The translations under genes were made by a program, and so were the position numbers. Under the pieces are notes generated by a model, which saw nothing but the letters and a program-made list of their open reading frames with translations, did no database searches and was not told the origin of the DNA. Shown piece by piece: positions 10,551 to 22,898 of a stretch of DNA of 64,000 nt; the stretch's first letter is position 1; each line of letters opens with the position of its first letter. Origin of the DNA: Nitrosopumilus sp. (GTDB lineage Archaea > Thermoproteota > Nitrososphaeria > Nitrososphaerales > Nitrosopumilaceae); assembly GCA_965203315.1 (NCBI GenBank), contig OZ241857.1, positions 256,001 through 320,000 of the forward strand, given 5' to 3'.

Positions 10551-12752
10551 AGTGCTTATTGCTCAAACGTCGCTTGATCTTTTTGATAGTCTTGTTAGCA
10601 GTTGTCCCATTTTTAATAGTCTATACGCCTGATGCATATGCGACTCCCCTCGCCATACCACTACCTAGTGATTTTCCCGCCTCTCTTACTATGGGTGATT
10701 CTCCATGGACGTACAGTACTTCTAGTACCGATACAGCAACATTCGGTGCTGACAGTACCAAGAGATATCAGATAGATGGTATTCACGCCGGTACATTGAT
10801 CAAGGCAGGTGATATACACGTAAAAGCCAATACAAAAATACTTTCAAATCCGTTCTTTCGAGGTCAGAATTATGGATGTTATTTTGATATACGCTCACTC
10901 CCTTCTCTAAATACTGCTTTCCCAACCAACGTACAACCAGCAGGCAACGCAACCAATCCAGCATCGATGACATTTAATGGAATTGGTGAATGTGCGGGCT
11001 GGTCTCCCGCGCAACCAATGATAACCGACAAAGAGATGCGAATCACTCTGACCAACAAAACAGGCAGTAAGGCATGGTATTCATCACCTCGTCAAAATAT
11101 AACCGAAGCACAACCGATTCCTGCATGTACTACAGATAACATGCACCTAACAACCCAGACTCTCAAAGGTAACACAAAGATGTGCTATGGTGTGTACCGT
11201 GACAATCTGATCATCGTAACCAAAAGATTCTTTGGACAATATGGAGCTGCTGATACCATTACAACACCACAAAATCCAGTGGATCTTGATTCAAGCGACT
11301 CTGTAGCTACAACAGTGCCAGATCCAATAGTGCCTGTAAACACAGTCGACGGTACAATATCCATGACAGTATCTGGTACATGGACGCCAGGTGAGCAAGC
11401 CACAGTATCAATATCTGACGCAGATCAAAACATTAACAGCACAGCAGACGACGATCAAACCATATCAAATACAAAATCTCGAATTCCGACACTGATGACG
11501 GGTGATCCACATACGTTAAAGGACGGCGATACAAATAAAATATACGCATATACCGGACGATCCAGCACGTGGATACAATTCCTTCAAGACCCTAGTCAAT
11601 CTTACATACACGCATTAGACTATAAAACAGATGACAGTCATCGTGGCATAATATCGTGGACTGGTAGTAATCCATCAAATAATGCAGAGACTCTCTCACT
11701 TGGAGGCGATGGAGTAGGACCAATGCTTGCTATACCTCTGGGTACACTAGGTGATCTCCGCGATTCCATAAACGACGACGACCTCAACGGTACAGGCAAC
11801 TTTACAGGACGAAACCTGATAAACTATGACTTTGGTTCACTGACCCCGAACATCCGAAAGAGTCAGCTTACAATAGTGAATAGTGCTGGAAATTATCTGT
11901 ATAGCGGCGTATTTGCAAGCGATGATACAAGATTCCCAAACCATGATGCTAAATCTGACCTACTAGATATTACCGGTTTTACAGTTTCGTATCAAGCTGG
12001 TACAGAATATGTACTGACTGGTTCCAATCTATTATCTCAAACAAACGTAAACGACAACAGTCAGGTTTTGTGGATAATAGAGTTCAGTGAGAGTCTCGTA
12101 TTAACCGAAGGTGTCGAGTATCCAATCGTACTGGACTTTTTCTCGTATGGATTCTATGGTGACGGTGACGGTGACAGTACAGATGAACGAATAGCCAACC
12201 AGATAATACGTATAGCAGCAGAAGAGACTGGTGTCAATACAGGTACATTTACAGGTACAATATCATATATCCTGATAAACCAACTAGATACCATAGTACA
12301 CGATGACATTTACTGGAATTCAGGACAGACCCAGGTACTAGAGACTCCTTACATCTATGAAACAATCACACCAACAGGCAAAGACGCAACGTTCATCGCG
12401 TTTGAAGGTATGACATCTCAAGTAAACTATACCGATCTCAACTCTAACGGTGTCGATACTGTATTATCTGCTCAGCAGTCTATCATTACAAACACAGGTA
12501 CAGTATCTCTAAATGATACCAGCTATGATACAGGTGATGCAGTAACTATAACACTCGTCGATCCCGATCTAAACAGAGATACTAGCACAGCTGACGTCTA
12601 TAATGTATTCCAGGATAGTACAGATCTCGATAGGGATCTGGTAGGCAAGAACGCACAGGGTCCACAAGAGACTCTGCTTTCTGGTAGATCGTTGGGAATG
12701 TTACTCGAGGTAACACTAAACAATACGAGATGGCAGTCTGGTACGTGTACTT

Positions 12753-13997
12753 CAGACATCGCAAATGTACGTGTAAATTTTGGCATCTAGGGTGCAATCG
12801 GCTCAGGCGGAGGCTCAGGTGGGATCTCGATCAATGTTTGCACTGTTTTAAGAAACAAGCTTTGGTACATCTTGTGAGATGTGATACCTTCAACCAACAA
12901 TACAAGATTGAATATAGTCCACAAGTTTAGCAACATTTGTGCAGACATGAACATGTAAGTTCTACACGGTGTTGATCTACTGTGAGTTCTAACACGCATA
13001 TTTCGAGTAAATTTGAATCCATTCTCAATCTCCCAACGATCGCGATATTTCTCTAGATCAATATTTGGATCATTTGTTGCAAATGCTCTATACTCTTCTG
13101 GGTCATCTCTGTCACGAGTTATTATGATGTAACATCCTGCTTGATCCTTGTTGTTCTTTATTACATATTTTGACACTCTAACTCGTTCTCCTCGTTTGTA
13201 TTCCTCTATTGCTTTTTTTATGCCAGAAGTGTTTACGCATGGCATCAGATATTTGTGTCTAGTTCCATTCAAGAATTTGATCATAGCAACTGAATAAACC
13301 CACGATCGGCAACAAACAGCGCTGGTCTTGTAGAGTTTATTTCGTAAAAATCTACAATTTTAGGCATAAAATCAGCATTTTTTTCCCCTTTTTTGACTGA
13401 AAATGTAGATAAAACAAGTCTTGTGCCGGGGTTGACCAGCTGTGCAGAGATGTGTGTCTCAAATACAGTCGTACCATCTTTCGCTCTACCCTTAATCAGA
13501 TCTGGATTATCTTTATCATATCTTGAAAAACTCGTTCTGTCTACTCCAATGATAGGATGTCGAGGAAAGCGACCAAGCCGTTTTAGCTCTGACAGGTGTT
13601 GCGTCACGACATACTTGAATATCTCATCTATCGGTTTCTCACACGTCTCTTCGATCCTCTTCCTAATCCATTCGCCTGTAGGTGCATAACCATCACTATC
13701 TCTGATCAATCTGGAACGATCAGCAGGAGATTTGTTTGCTACTGCCGCATCTATGATGATCTTGAGTCCGTCCCATTTTGTGTATTTGGCATTGTGATAA
13801 TTAGATACTTTGAATGGTATCTGATCCATAGCGTTTATGAAAATATATCTATAAGTAGAACGGTTTCTAGATACTGCTTGTCTCAGCGAGTCTGATTGTT
13901 TGCGCATTAGATTCCTGAGACATGCAATCCTTATTGACTTTGTTTGATCGATATTTTTGATCTTTTGGTTAAATTATAGTTACTTTTGCGATGTCTG
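12753..13997 (-). mobile_element. ISH3-like (IS4-superfamily DDE) insertion sequence with frameshifted transposase (13907-12787)
   Basis: 17-bp TIRs CAGACATCGCAAA(T/A)GTA; 6-bp TSD GTACTT; one extra T restores DRGFYS; YRDRWEIENGF motif. Confidence 0.9.
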
Positions 13998-16900
13998 GTA
14001 CTTTATCTAGTGGTACACCAAACGGACTAGGCGGTACAACCTTTGCATTACAAGAGACTGGACCCAATACAGGCACATTTACAGGTACATTTGATGTACC
14101 GGCCCAGTTTTGTAATGGCGCTGATACCGTATATACAAACGGTACAAATATCGGTGTAACATATCTAGACTTTAGAGATGCGACAGGTAGTATCGTCACA
14201 GCTAGTGATACAGCTAGTATTACATCTAGTACGATGGGTGATCAAACCCCTCCAAATACACCGTCTATCAATCCCATAACCGGTAAAATACGAACTCATC
14301 AATACTATGCTGAAAAGATAAACAGTACATCTCTGATAGAATATCCAAACCCTACTGTCCTGTACAACACATTACCATTGTGCAAGGCCGATATCAGTGG
14401 CACACATCAGACAATACAAATGACAACAGACGGAGATATTTTGTTCAAGTATGCTCTAGATAAAATACAATTTGACGGTCGACTATACCTGACTCTGACA
14501 GATCACACTCCCAAAAAGACCATATCACTAGATTCTATATTTGTCCAACAGCGTGGTCATTGGTACAACTATAACAGTACTCTTCCAAAGAGTATACTGG
14601 ATCAGTTTGGCAACTTTACCCGCATAAACACCAAACTGTTTGTGACCAATGACACCATACCAAACCAAAACATATTCAGTAACAGCTCTACGGGCTCACC
14701 TCTATACTATAAAGACCACAAAAAGTTTATCATGGAACTGCCAGATGCTGTAAATACAGTAACCGTTGTATCTGGTACAATATCCGGTGTCAGTGGTACG
14801 GTATACGTTCCACAGGGTGATACTGTACAATTGAGCGCAGAGATACTGTGCCCGTTTGGTCATCTACAACCGTCCCCATCCGCCCAGGTATTTGATCTAG
14901 GTATATCTGCAGATAACGCAACAAATGGTCTCGAGATAAAGTATGAATTTACACCACAGACATTCTATCAAGGTGCCAAAGAGCAGCGACCCACAAAATT
15001 CTACTGGATTGCAACCGACTCTGACGGCAACTCTGTCAACGGCGATACGACTCGTACCATAACCAACTCATACAACTTTACCATTCCTCTAAGTGCATCT
15101 GGTACATATGATATAGTGATATACGGCTCTGATGCTGAACGTACCCTGATAGGTACACATGCAAGTTCGTACACGTTTGCAGCTGCACCATCGACTAACC
15201 AAACCACACCCACAACACCTGGCCAAACGCTAACGATAACCATACCAAATACCACTCCGTCTACTGCGACTATTGGTCTCAATACTCAGACAGCAAATGA
15301 GATAAAGTTCATCACTAGAGAGACCTCTCAAGGAAACGGTACTAGATATCATCACCATGATGATGATTCTGATGATACCAGAGCTGACATTACCATCCAT
15401 TATAACACAAAGATAACCAGCAAAACATTCGATGTCACGTCAAATACATTCTGTTATAATGCTGAAGTAAAAGTTGGCGATGATATTACGATACCAAAGT
15501 TGAACAGCTATATGGCATTGGCGCTAGAGATCACAGACTTTACTCCTAAATGTACCAACTATCCCAATATCTCATTTGACGGTAAACTGGTATTAAACAA
15601 AGAGGTCTATATACGACTAAACGGCACTGACGGTCAAAACATCTTTTATCATGTGAACGGCACAAACGACATTGTACAGATACCAAAATGTACCAGTACC
15701 AACTTTAATTCTACCAACAATACACTAAAGGGCAATACAGAAGCATGTTACGGCAAAGACGGCACAGACACTATTATCGTATCCAAGATACTTGCAATCT
15801 TTGGAGCTACAACAGAGTCTATTCCAAAGTCTGGTACATCCACGGACCCGCCTAAAAAAGATGATCAAGACGACAAAGACTCTGACAAGTCAAGAGATCT
15901 AGCAAATGCGCCAACCTTTGGTGTCTCACAACTCACCGGTGAACAATTGATAACTTGTGGCTACAAGATGGATGATACCTGTCGCGATATTACCGCATAT
16001 CATGTACAGTACGAATGAGATACAATACAAACCAACACCACACACACATTTGCAATAAAGACTCTGGCACCAAACATGCTATATAATGTCATACTGGCAT
16101 TTAGTGTACCAAACGTAGGCTCTTCAGTGAGTGCTGCAGAAGCATACATTTCTGTAACTCTTGGAATAAACTATAGTGAACCATCATACTATTACGTCGA
16201 GAATGTACTGGTACACGATCCAAACAACATCATAGACTATGACACACAAAACACAACAGTATCTAGAGTATCTTGTTCGGGTGACAAACTAGAGTGTACA
16301 CAAGTGACGTTCCCGGATGTACTCTTCCGTGAGGTAATGAACCATGAACCATTTGCAATACAGGTAACTGATACTCTGCGGTTCACATCCATAAACTACA
16401 TGAACGAAGGTGTCTTTGTTGAAGGCCCATCATTAAATGCACCGCCAACAATACGCCCAGGCCTGACGATATCTCGTGACGATGGCAGACCAATAAACTT
16501 GGTACTAGTACGTACAGACAAGGTATCTGATCTATGGGCCGATGCACTTGGCAACACGTGGAGTCGCAACTCTTTTGGTAATTTCGTAATTGTCGAACAT
16601 GCTCCACATGCTGGTACAGTCCCAGTATGTACAGACATCAACGACAGAATATGTGCACCATTCAAAACTAAACTCGATTGGCACAATCAAAAGATGATCG
16701 AGTTGCGTGACTCGTTATACGATGCATACGAGACAGAACCATACGCCGAGATTGATAGTATCTTTACCTACGAATTTGATGATATAGATCCACGCACTAG
16801 AACATTGATGAATCTTGGTTGGTTAACCGAGTAGGTTTATGTCTATAACTATTGCAAATGTTTGTAGAAAGAAAAGATAAAAGTTCATTCACGGAGAGAA

Positions 16901-17019
16901 CGGTCTGACGGTTCCAGCAGAATCTTTACAATTCAGATCAATAATCGATACCACACAGTTTGGAACGTAAAGATCAAACATATCCACCAAATGGAGTCAA
17001 TAGTGATTACATGTAGCAG

Positions 17020-17602
17020 ATGCTCCCAAGGTACTAATTATCACAATGCCAAATATACAAAATGTGGGTGGATTCAAGATCACATATACATCAGTAAACA
17101 CATCTCCCTCTATTTGTTCTAGATTGATCAGAGATAGTTATGGTTATGGTTATGGTTATGCGCTTACAATCGACTGGTTGAAGAAAAGAATCGAAGAGAC
17201 GTGTGCTAAATCAAGAGGACGTATTCAAGGATGCCGTGTGGGAACGGATCTTTTTGATTTACATTGGGTAGAACAATTACAGAAAAATCACAAGATTCTA
17301 TAAAGGAAAATTAGAAAAAAAGCCTTGTGAAATGTCATCCTACATAAATCGAAGAGATCAAAAAATATGAAGCTAAAGACACATAGCAGATCCACTGACT
17401 GTATAACGTTGATGATCATCTATACACAGATGCTGTTGAATTTATGGACCGTCTTTAATATCGCATTATTGCGAGAGAGTTGACAAGTTACCTCAAGATG
17501 ACTATCTTGATCTTTTGGAGTCATTAATCGGAGAGATTCCGAAATAACTGATCTTTCTGTGAGCGAAGACTTGTCTTTTTCTGTGAACCCTTGCAATGTC
17601 TG
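17020..17602 (+). pseudogene. Decayed, internally deleted relative of the 12753-13997 IS
   Basis: Translates to NYHNAKYTK...RLIRDSYG...WLKKRIEETC and KTHSRST...QMLLNLWTVFN; TIR-like TTGCAATGTCTG at the end. Confidence 0.75.
17246..17360. mobile_element. MITE family B copy (~115 bp)
   Basis: Ends GGATCTTTTTGATTTAC / ATAAATCGAAGAGATC; lies within the IS relic. Confidence 0.75.
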
Positions 17603-17653
17603 GAGATTGTAGTGTTGCTATGAATTCTTGTAATCCTTTTGTATCTGCAATAA

Positions 17654-18691
17654 TCAATCAAACAATTTTGGAATCGATTCACTATATGGTGCACTTGCAA
17701 CTCCTTTCTCTGTGATGATTCCGGTTATCAACTCTGGCGGCGTCATGTCAAATGCTGGGTTGATGACATCGATCCCTTTGGGTGCTGTTCTACTCGTTCC
17801 CGTTCCTGTAACTTCTGTATCTCGTCTCATCTCGATTATTACATCCCTTGCATCTGTATCGAGATCTATGGTGGATAATGGGGCTGCCACATAGAATGGA
17901 ATGTTGTGCTGTTTGGCCATCGTTGCTACTTGATACGTTCCAATCTTGTTAAAGACATGACCAGTCCTTACAATACGATCTGCACCTACGACAACCTTGT
18001 TAACTAGACCATTTGCCATAGTGTATCCAACAGCTGTATCTGGAATTAGACTCACATCGAACCCATCGTGTAACAACTCAAACGCAGTCAGTCTAGAGCC
18101 TTGCTGTACAGGTCTCGTCTCAGTCGCAATGACTTTGATCTCTTTTCCACTGTCTCTTGTTGCACGAATTACTCCTAGCGCTGTTCCGTATGATACAGTT
18201 GCTAACGCACCTGCGTTACAATGTGTCATTATACAATCTCCGTTATCAAATAACATAGATCCATTCTTACCCATCATCTGATTTGTTGTAATGTCATCAT
18301 CTGCCATCTCTTTTGCTGTCTCTACGATGTTGTGTTTCATGTCAGATATCGTCTCCGACGATTCTGCAATATTCATAATCTTGTCGAGCCCCCACCTGAG
18401 ATTGATCGCAGTAGGTCTTGTTGCAAGCAGTACATCTCTGGCAAGATTGAGATCTCGTAACAACTCGTCTCGTACATTGGCATTGCTGTGTAGTGCAGCT
18501 AGCGCCATCCCAAACGCTGCTGAAACTCCAATTGCGGGCGCTCCACGTACAATTAAACATTTTATTGCGTCTGCAACTTGATGATAGTCTGTATATGTAA
18601 CAAATACTAGCTCGTTTGGTAACTTTGTCTGATCGATCATTATGACCTTATCGTCTTCCCATCGTACAGTTCGCAGTGAACTTGAATCCAT
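17654..18691 (-). CDS. mtnA: Methylthioribose-1-phosphate isomerase
   Basis: IDQTKLP; VRGAPAIG; TRPTAINL; THCNAGALAT; ETRPVQQGSRLT. Confidence 0.95.
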   Translation of the reverse strand: MDSSSLRTVRWEDDKVIMIDQTKLPNELVFVTYTDYHQVADAIKCLIVRGAPAIGVSAAFGMALAALHSNANVRDELLRDLNLARDVLLATRPTAINLRWGLDKIMNIAESSETISDMKHNIVETAKEMADDDITTNQMMGKNGSMLFDNGDCIMTHCNAGALATVSYGTALGVIRATRDSGKEIKVIATETRPVQQGSRLTAFELLHDGFDVSLIPDTAVGYTMANGLVNKVVVGADRIVRTGHVFNKIGTYQVATMAKQHNIPFYVAAPLSTIDLDTDARDVIIEMRRDTEVTGTGTSRTAPKGIDVINPAFDMTPPELITGIITEKGVASAPYSESIPKLFD

Positions 18692-19155
18692 GTGATTGAG
18701 ATGTGATTATCTCTTAATAATCTGTTTTTATCTTGGGCGATTACGGATATATCAAAAGTTCATCAGCATTCGATATTCATCTTGTTGTATCGATAACTAG
18801 TGCTTTTTTTGATATTTAGAATAAATACTTTGATCGGCATCTTGCTGTCACAAGATGTGTGTTGATATGTTACATTCCATTACAAATTCCATATAGTAAT
18901 CTCTCTAGTATTATTGTAACTCGATACTGTACAGTTATCTAACATGATGACTGTCTGTTAGTATGATACTAGTAATAGTATAACATGTTATGGAACAGTT
19001 CAATTAAACAATGATGGATCGAGTTTGATGGGGATACACTGGTGGCTGTTTTTTGATGTGTCGCATACCCCAGTTGCTTTCATGCGTGACAATGGTACTC
19101 GGATTGCATAGTGTACAGATCAAAAAAGAGATAAATCTCTGGCAACACATCTAGA

Positions 19156-19509
19156 GTGATGAATCGCTGTAACTATTGCAACTCTGTTTTTGGAGATCGT
19201 GTATGCTACTTTTGTAATAAGCGATGCTGCACATCGTGTATGACAGACGATAAAAGTCGTTGTAAGCGATGCTATATCGAGAAGAGGCGATTGAGCCCAG
19301 GAGCAATCCTAAAGAAGAATAAACTAATCTTGATCTTTGCTGGACTCTTGTGGCTATATGCTGTCTTTCCAGGTCCATTGATTCCTGGACTAGATCCAAC
19401 CTTTTATGCAATATCTATAGTGGCTGCAATATTGATCATGATTCCATTGGGACTAGCAATGTTCTTTTGGTCACTGAATCCACCAACATCTGATACAAGA
19501 AGGAGATGA
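19156..19509 (+). CDS. Cys-rich Zn-finger plus 2-TM hypothetical protein
   Basis: Four CxxC pairs followed by two hydrophobic helices; directly upstream of bioA. Confidence 0.75.
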   Translation: MMNRCNYCNSVFGDRVCYFCNKRCCTSCMTDDKSRCKRCYIEKRRLSPGAILKKNKLILIFAGLLWLYAVFPGPLIPGLDPTFYAISIVAAILIMIPLGLAMFFWSLNPPTSDTRRR

Positions 19510-19512
19510 TAT

Positions 19513-20838
19513 GTGACGATGAATGTAGAGAGTTCTAGAGTTTGGTACCCAAACACACAGATGAGCGAATGGGACGATCGACCCACAATCGAATCTGCTA
19601 GAGGTGTCTGGCTCATAGACAGTAAAGGGAACAAAATGATCGATGGAGTGGCATCGATGTGGTGTAATGTTTGGGGACATTCCAACTCGCGCTTGATCAA
19701 AGCTATCACAAATCAGGTGAATCATCTACAACACACATCCATGTTCAATCTGACCAATAAACCTGCAGAAGAACTTGCACATCGTTTGATATCGATATCG
19801 CCTGGCATGGATCGTGTATTTTATTCTGATAATGGTTCATCGTCTATGGAGATTGCGATAAAGATGATTTTACAATACTGGAAGAACCAAAACGTAAAGA
19901 GAACAAAGATTGGAGTATTGGAGAATGGATATCATGGTGATACTTTTGGTGCCATGTCTATAGGATATGTCCCAGAGTTCTTTGATGCGTTTCGGGATCA
20001 ATTGTTTGACACCATCAAGTTTCCAGTCCCTAATACGTATCGTATACCTGAATCATACACTCTACAAGACTATCAGAACTATTGTCTAGATCAGATTGAA
20101 GATCAACTATCTACTGGTAAGTTTGCGGGATTTGTGATGGAGAGTGGAGCTCAAGTTGCTGGTGGCGTAATTATATACCCTGATAAATTTCAGTCCGAGA
20201 TAGCAAGGATATGTAAGCGACATAATGTGTTGTTTGCACTAGATGAGGTTGCGACTGGATTTGGTAGACTCGGCTCTATGGTACAATATACGGCACAAAA
20301 CTCTCAACCCGATATTGTGTCCTATGGAAAGATGCTTACTGCTGGTTATCTTTCAATGGCAGCCACACTTGCCACAAAGTCATTGTACGATGAGTTTTTG
20401 GGAGAATTTGATCAGAAGCGACATCTCTTTCATGGTCATACTTATACGGGCAATCCTATTGCGGCCAGTGTCGCAAACGAGAACCTGAGTATGTATGATG
20501 ATTATCAACTAGTGTATACTTTGAGGTCTCTGTCGGAGATATTTGCTTCCTATCGTGATACGTTATGTGAGATTAACTTGGTTGGTGATGTTAGGCACAA
20601 AGGGATGTTGATGGGAATCGAACTCGTCTCGGATCGTACAAAAAAGACACCATTATCGGCCAAACAATCGATCAACAAGATCATCTTTAAAGAAGGGCAA
20701 CAACATGGTGTATATCTGCGCACATTGGACAATATCGTAACGGTTGTTCCACCGTTGGCAATCACATCTCAAGAACTACATATATTGTTAGACCGAGTGG
20801 TCGAGACAATAAAATCTACTAGTAAGCATTATGCATAA
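19513..20838 (+). CDS. bioA: Adenosylmethionine-8-amino-7-oxononanoate aminotransferase
   Basis: WYPNTQM; SMWCNVWGH; YHGDT; DEVATGFGR; HGHTYTGNP. Confidence 0.95.
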   Translation: MTMNVESSRVWYPNTQMSEWDDRPTIESARGVWLIDSKGNKMIDGVASMWCNVWGHSNSRLIKAITNQVNHLQHTSMFNLTNKPAEELAHRLISISPGMDRVFYSDNGSSSMEIAIKMILQYWKNQNVKRTKIGVLENGYHGDTFGAMSIGYVPEFFDAFRDQLFDTIKFPVPNTYRIPESYTLQDYQNYCLDQIEDQLSTGKFAGFVMESGAQVAGGVIIYPDKFQSEIARICKRHNVLFALDEVATGFGRLGSMVQYTAQNSQPDIVSYGKMLTAGYLSMAATLATKSLYDEFLGEFDQKRHLFHGHTYTGNPIAASVANENLSMYDDYQLVYTLRSLSEIFASYRDTLCEINLVGDVRHKGMLMGIELVSDRTKKTPLSAKQSINKIIFKEGQQHGVYLRTLDNIVTVVPPLAITSQELHILLDRVVETIKSTSKHYA

Positions 20839-21165
20839 CATTTCAATTATGTTTATGGTACATGTTTCTGTATTCAATAGATGTGTGATGTTGTTACTCG
20901 ATTTGTGTATTGTATAAAAGAGACGAATTCTAGTTTAATACGATAATGTGTGGTAACTTGTCTCTGTTCATGTTTGTATTCACCAAAATCAAACATATGT
21001 CAATAATAAAACTATGATATGTGTAACCACAAGAGAGACAAACATTGTCAAAAACGAGTTAGATATCTGCGTACTGGTACACAATGCTACCCTGTATGAT
21101 TGTACAAGATATCGGATTGCTAAATACCACAAATTTGAATTAGCAGAACTGAAATCTCACATATC

Positions 21166-22383
21166 TTAATGTATGTCTCTGTTCTTTAGCTTGCGTAATA
21201 AAAAAGTCATCTCATAGATTTTGTGGTAAATAGTTTTTGCCTTTCTTCTCTTCTTTGATTTTATCATGTTAAATACACGATTCCATTGCTGTAGTTGATT
21301 TTGATAGTTTATGATTTGATGTAACCACTCATACTGTTTTCTTTGCAACTCTTGTCTAAATTTATCATCTCGGACCATTCTGTCGATGTATTGAGCGATC
21401 GATTTTGGATCTCTTGCACCCTTGTAAAACGGATCGTTATCTGTGTACCCTAATTCGTCTGAGTGAAAGACAGGTACTCCACACGCTATTGCCTCTTTTT
21501 CTATAGCTGGCGCATACGCTTCTTCAATATCGCCCATTACAGCATCAACAGATTTGTAATAATTTACTATCTCTTGAGGGTTTATTTTTGGAATCAGTTT
21601 TACTTTTTTCGGCAGATTCTCAACAATCTTTGTATAATATGACTTGTCTATTCCCGACCAGTCTACTAGATGTACTTCAAAGTCAGTACTGGTCTCTTTG
21701 ATGGCTGACATCAAGATATCTGTACCTTTCCACGGCTCAATTCGAGCAGGTGTTAGGAATGTAAATTTTTCTTTCTTTATGTGTGGTTTAGATACTGGCT
21801 TTGTATTGTACCTTTCAAAATCTATTGGATTGACTATCTCTTCTATGTGGTCGTTACGGTAATCTCTTAATCTCTCTGTATAGTATCTACTACCTGATAC
21901 AATTGTATTTGCGCTAACTAGTATATCATCATACAATTTATTACGGAACCATCTTCTTAGACCGGAGAGATCTTTAAAGATCCTGTCTCTAGGACCTATG
22001 AAATAATCGTTGATGTAAGGAATATAATCGACATTGGCAAGATAGCATATTAACGCAGAATCCCATCCAAAACAGATGACAACATCGTAATTCTCCTTGA
22101 TATCATCGAACTCTTTACGTTGTAATCCAAAGTTCACATTCTTGAGGTATCTGGGATTTTTGCCAGGTATAATCTTGTTTCTAAAACCATGCGTATACAA
22201 CATATCGGCGTTGGGTATTATCTTGGACAAGGTGGCACCAACACTTACAAAATCATTAAAGATCAGTACGCGAGGATCATTCAATGGCTGACAAAAAAAA
22301 AAAAAACGTCTAATAAACTCTAGTTTGCTATCTGCGATAATTTCTGGACTATGTGGCTTGGCTAGTATGTTCTGGATAATCAT
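21166..22383 (-). CDS. GT4-like (GT-B) glycosyltransferase; start uncertain
   Basis: RIEPWKG and EKEAIACGVPV motifs. Confidence 0.8.
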   Translation of the reverse strand: MIIQNILAKPHSPEIIADSKLEFIRRFFFFCQPLNDPRVLIFNDFVSVGATLSKIIPNADMLYTHGFRNKIIPGKNPRYLKNVNFGLQRKEFDDIKENYDVVICFGWDSALICYLANVDYIPYINDYFIGPRDRIFKDLSGLRRWFRNKLYDDILVSANTIVSGSRYYTERLRDYRNDHIEEIVNPIDFERYNTKPVSKPHIKKEKFTFLTPARIEPWKGTDILMSAIKETSTDFEVHLVDWSGIDKSYYTKIVENLPKKVKLIPKINPQEIVNYYKSVDAVMGDIEEAYAPAIEKEAIACGVPVFHSDELGYTDNDPFYKGARDPKSIAQYIDRMVRDDKFRQELQRKQYEWLHQIINYQNQLQQWNRVFNMIKSKKRRKAKTIYHKIYEMTFLLRKLKNRDIH

Positions 22384-22502
22384 GGGTGGTTATCTGATGT
22401 TGGTCTGCCTTGTGATGAATTATTGGCGAGTTGATGTATTTTATATGGGTATGAACTTGTCATGAGCAAAGAGATTTAAACCGATCACTGTAGATACGTG
22501 GT

Positions 22503-22898
22503 ATGGATCCAAGCTATTATTGGTTGTTTATGTTGTTTCTATTGATTCCATTGTCTAGAATCATAGTTCGTCTTATATCACGACGCGGTGATTATAAAGT
22601 ACCGTATACTGAACGTACAAGAGAACGATATACTAACAATGGCCAAGATCTTAAATCTTATATAGATCCATCTAAACGTACACGTGAGATGCAGGTGCTA
22701 GGATTGATTCACCAAGGCGCAAATACGTTTGAAAAGATTCAGGGATCGACCAATATGGATGCTAGTGATCTAGAGTCGGTTTTAGCAGACCTCGAAGCAC
22801 GCCAAATGATCAAGGTACGTGAAAAGCGAGGCGTGTTTGGGTTGAGGATCGAACTATATGCTACCAATAAAGGATTCAAAGAGTACTATTCAAAGTAG
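22503..22898 (+). CDS. Membrane-anchored protein with probable C-terminal wHTH
   Basis: N-terminal TM; LESVLADLEARQMI...LYATNKG. Confidence 0.7.
   Translation: MDPSYYWLFMLFLLIPLSRIIVRLISRRGDYKVPYTERTRERYTNNGQDLKSYIDPSKRTREMQVLGLIHQGANTFEKIQGSTNMDASDLESVLADLEARQMIKVREKRGVFGLRIELYATNKGFKEYYSK

Larger units (their letters stand above)
10496..16834 (+). pseudogene. Giant (~1700 aa) secreted S-layer-related modular protein, split by an IS and a premature TGA
   Basis: Removing IS 12753-13997 plus one GTACTT fuses ORFs in frame (WQSGTCT-LSSGTPNG); TGA 16016-16018 is in frame with ORF 16076-16834; signal peptide KRRLIFLIVLLAVV...AYA; real start probably ~10559. Confidence 0.85.

Noticed and set aside
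13281-13300. Programmed frameshifting in the ISH3-like transposases
   Set aside because: The two elements break at different positions in short homopolymers, which fits mutation or sequencing error better
17137-17160. (TATGGT)n microsatellite
   Set aside because: Local slippage inside a dead IS relic
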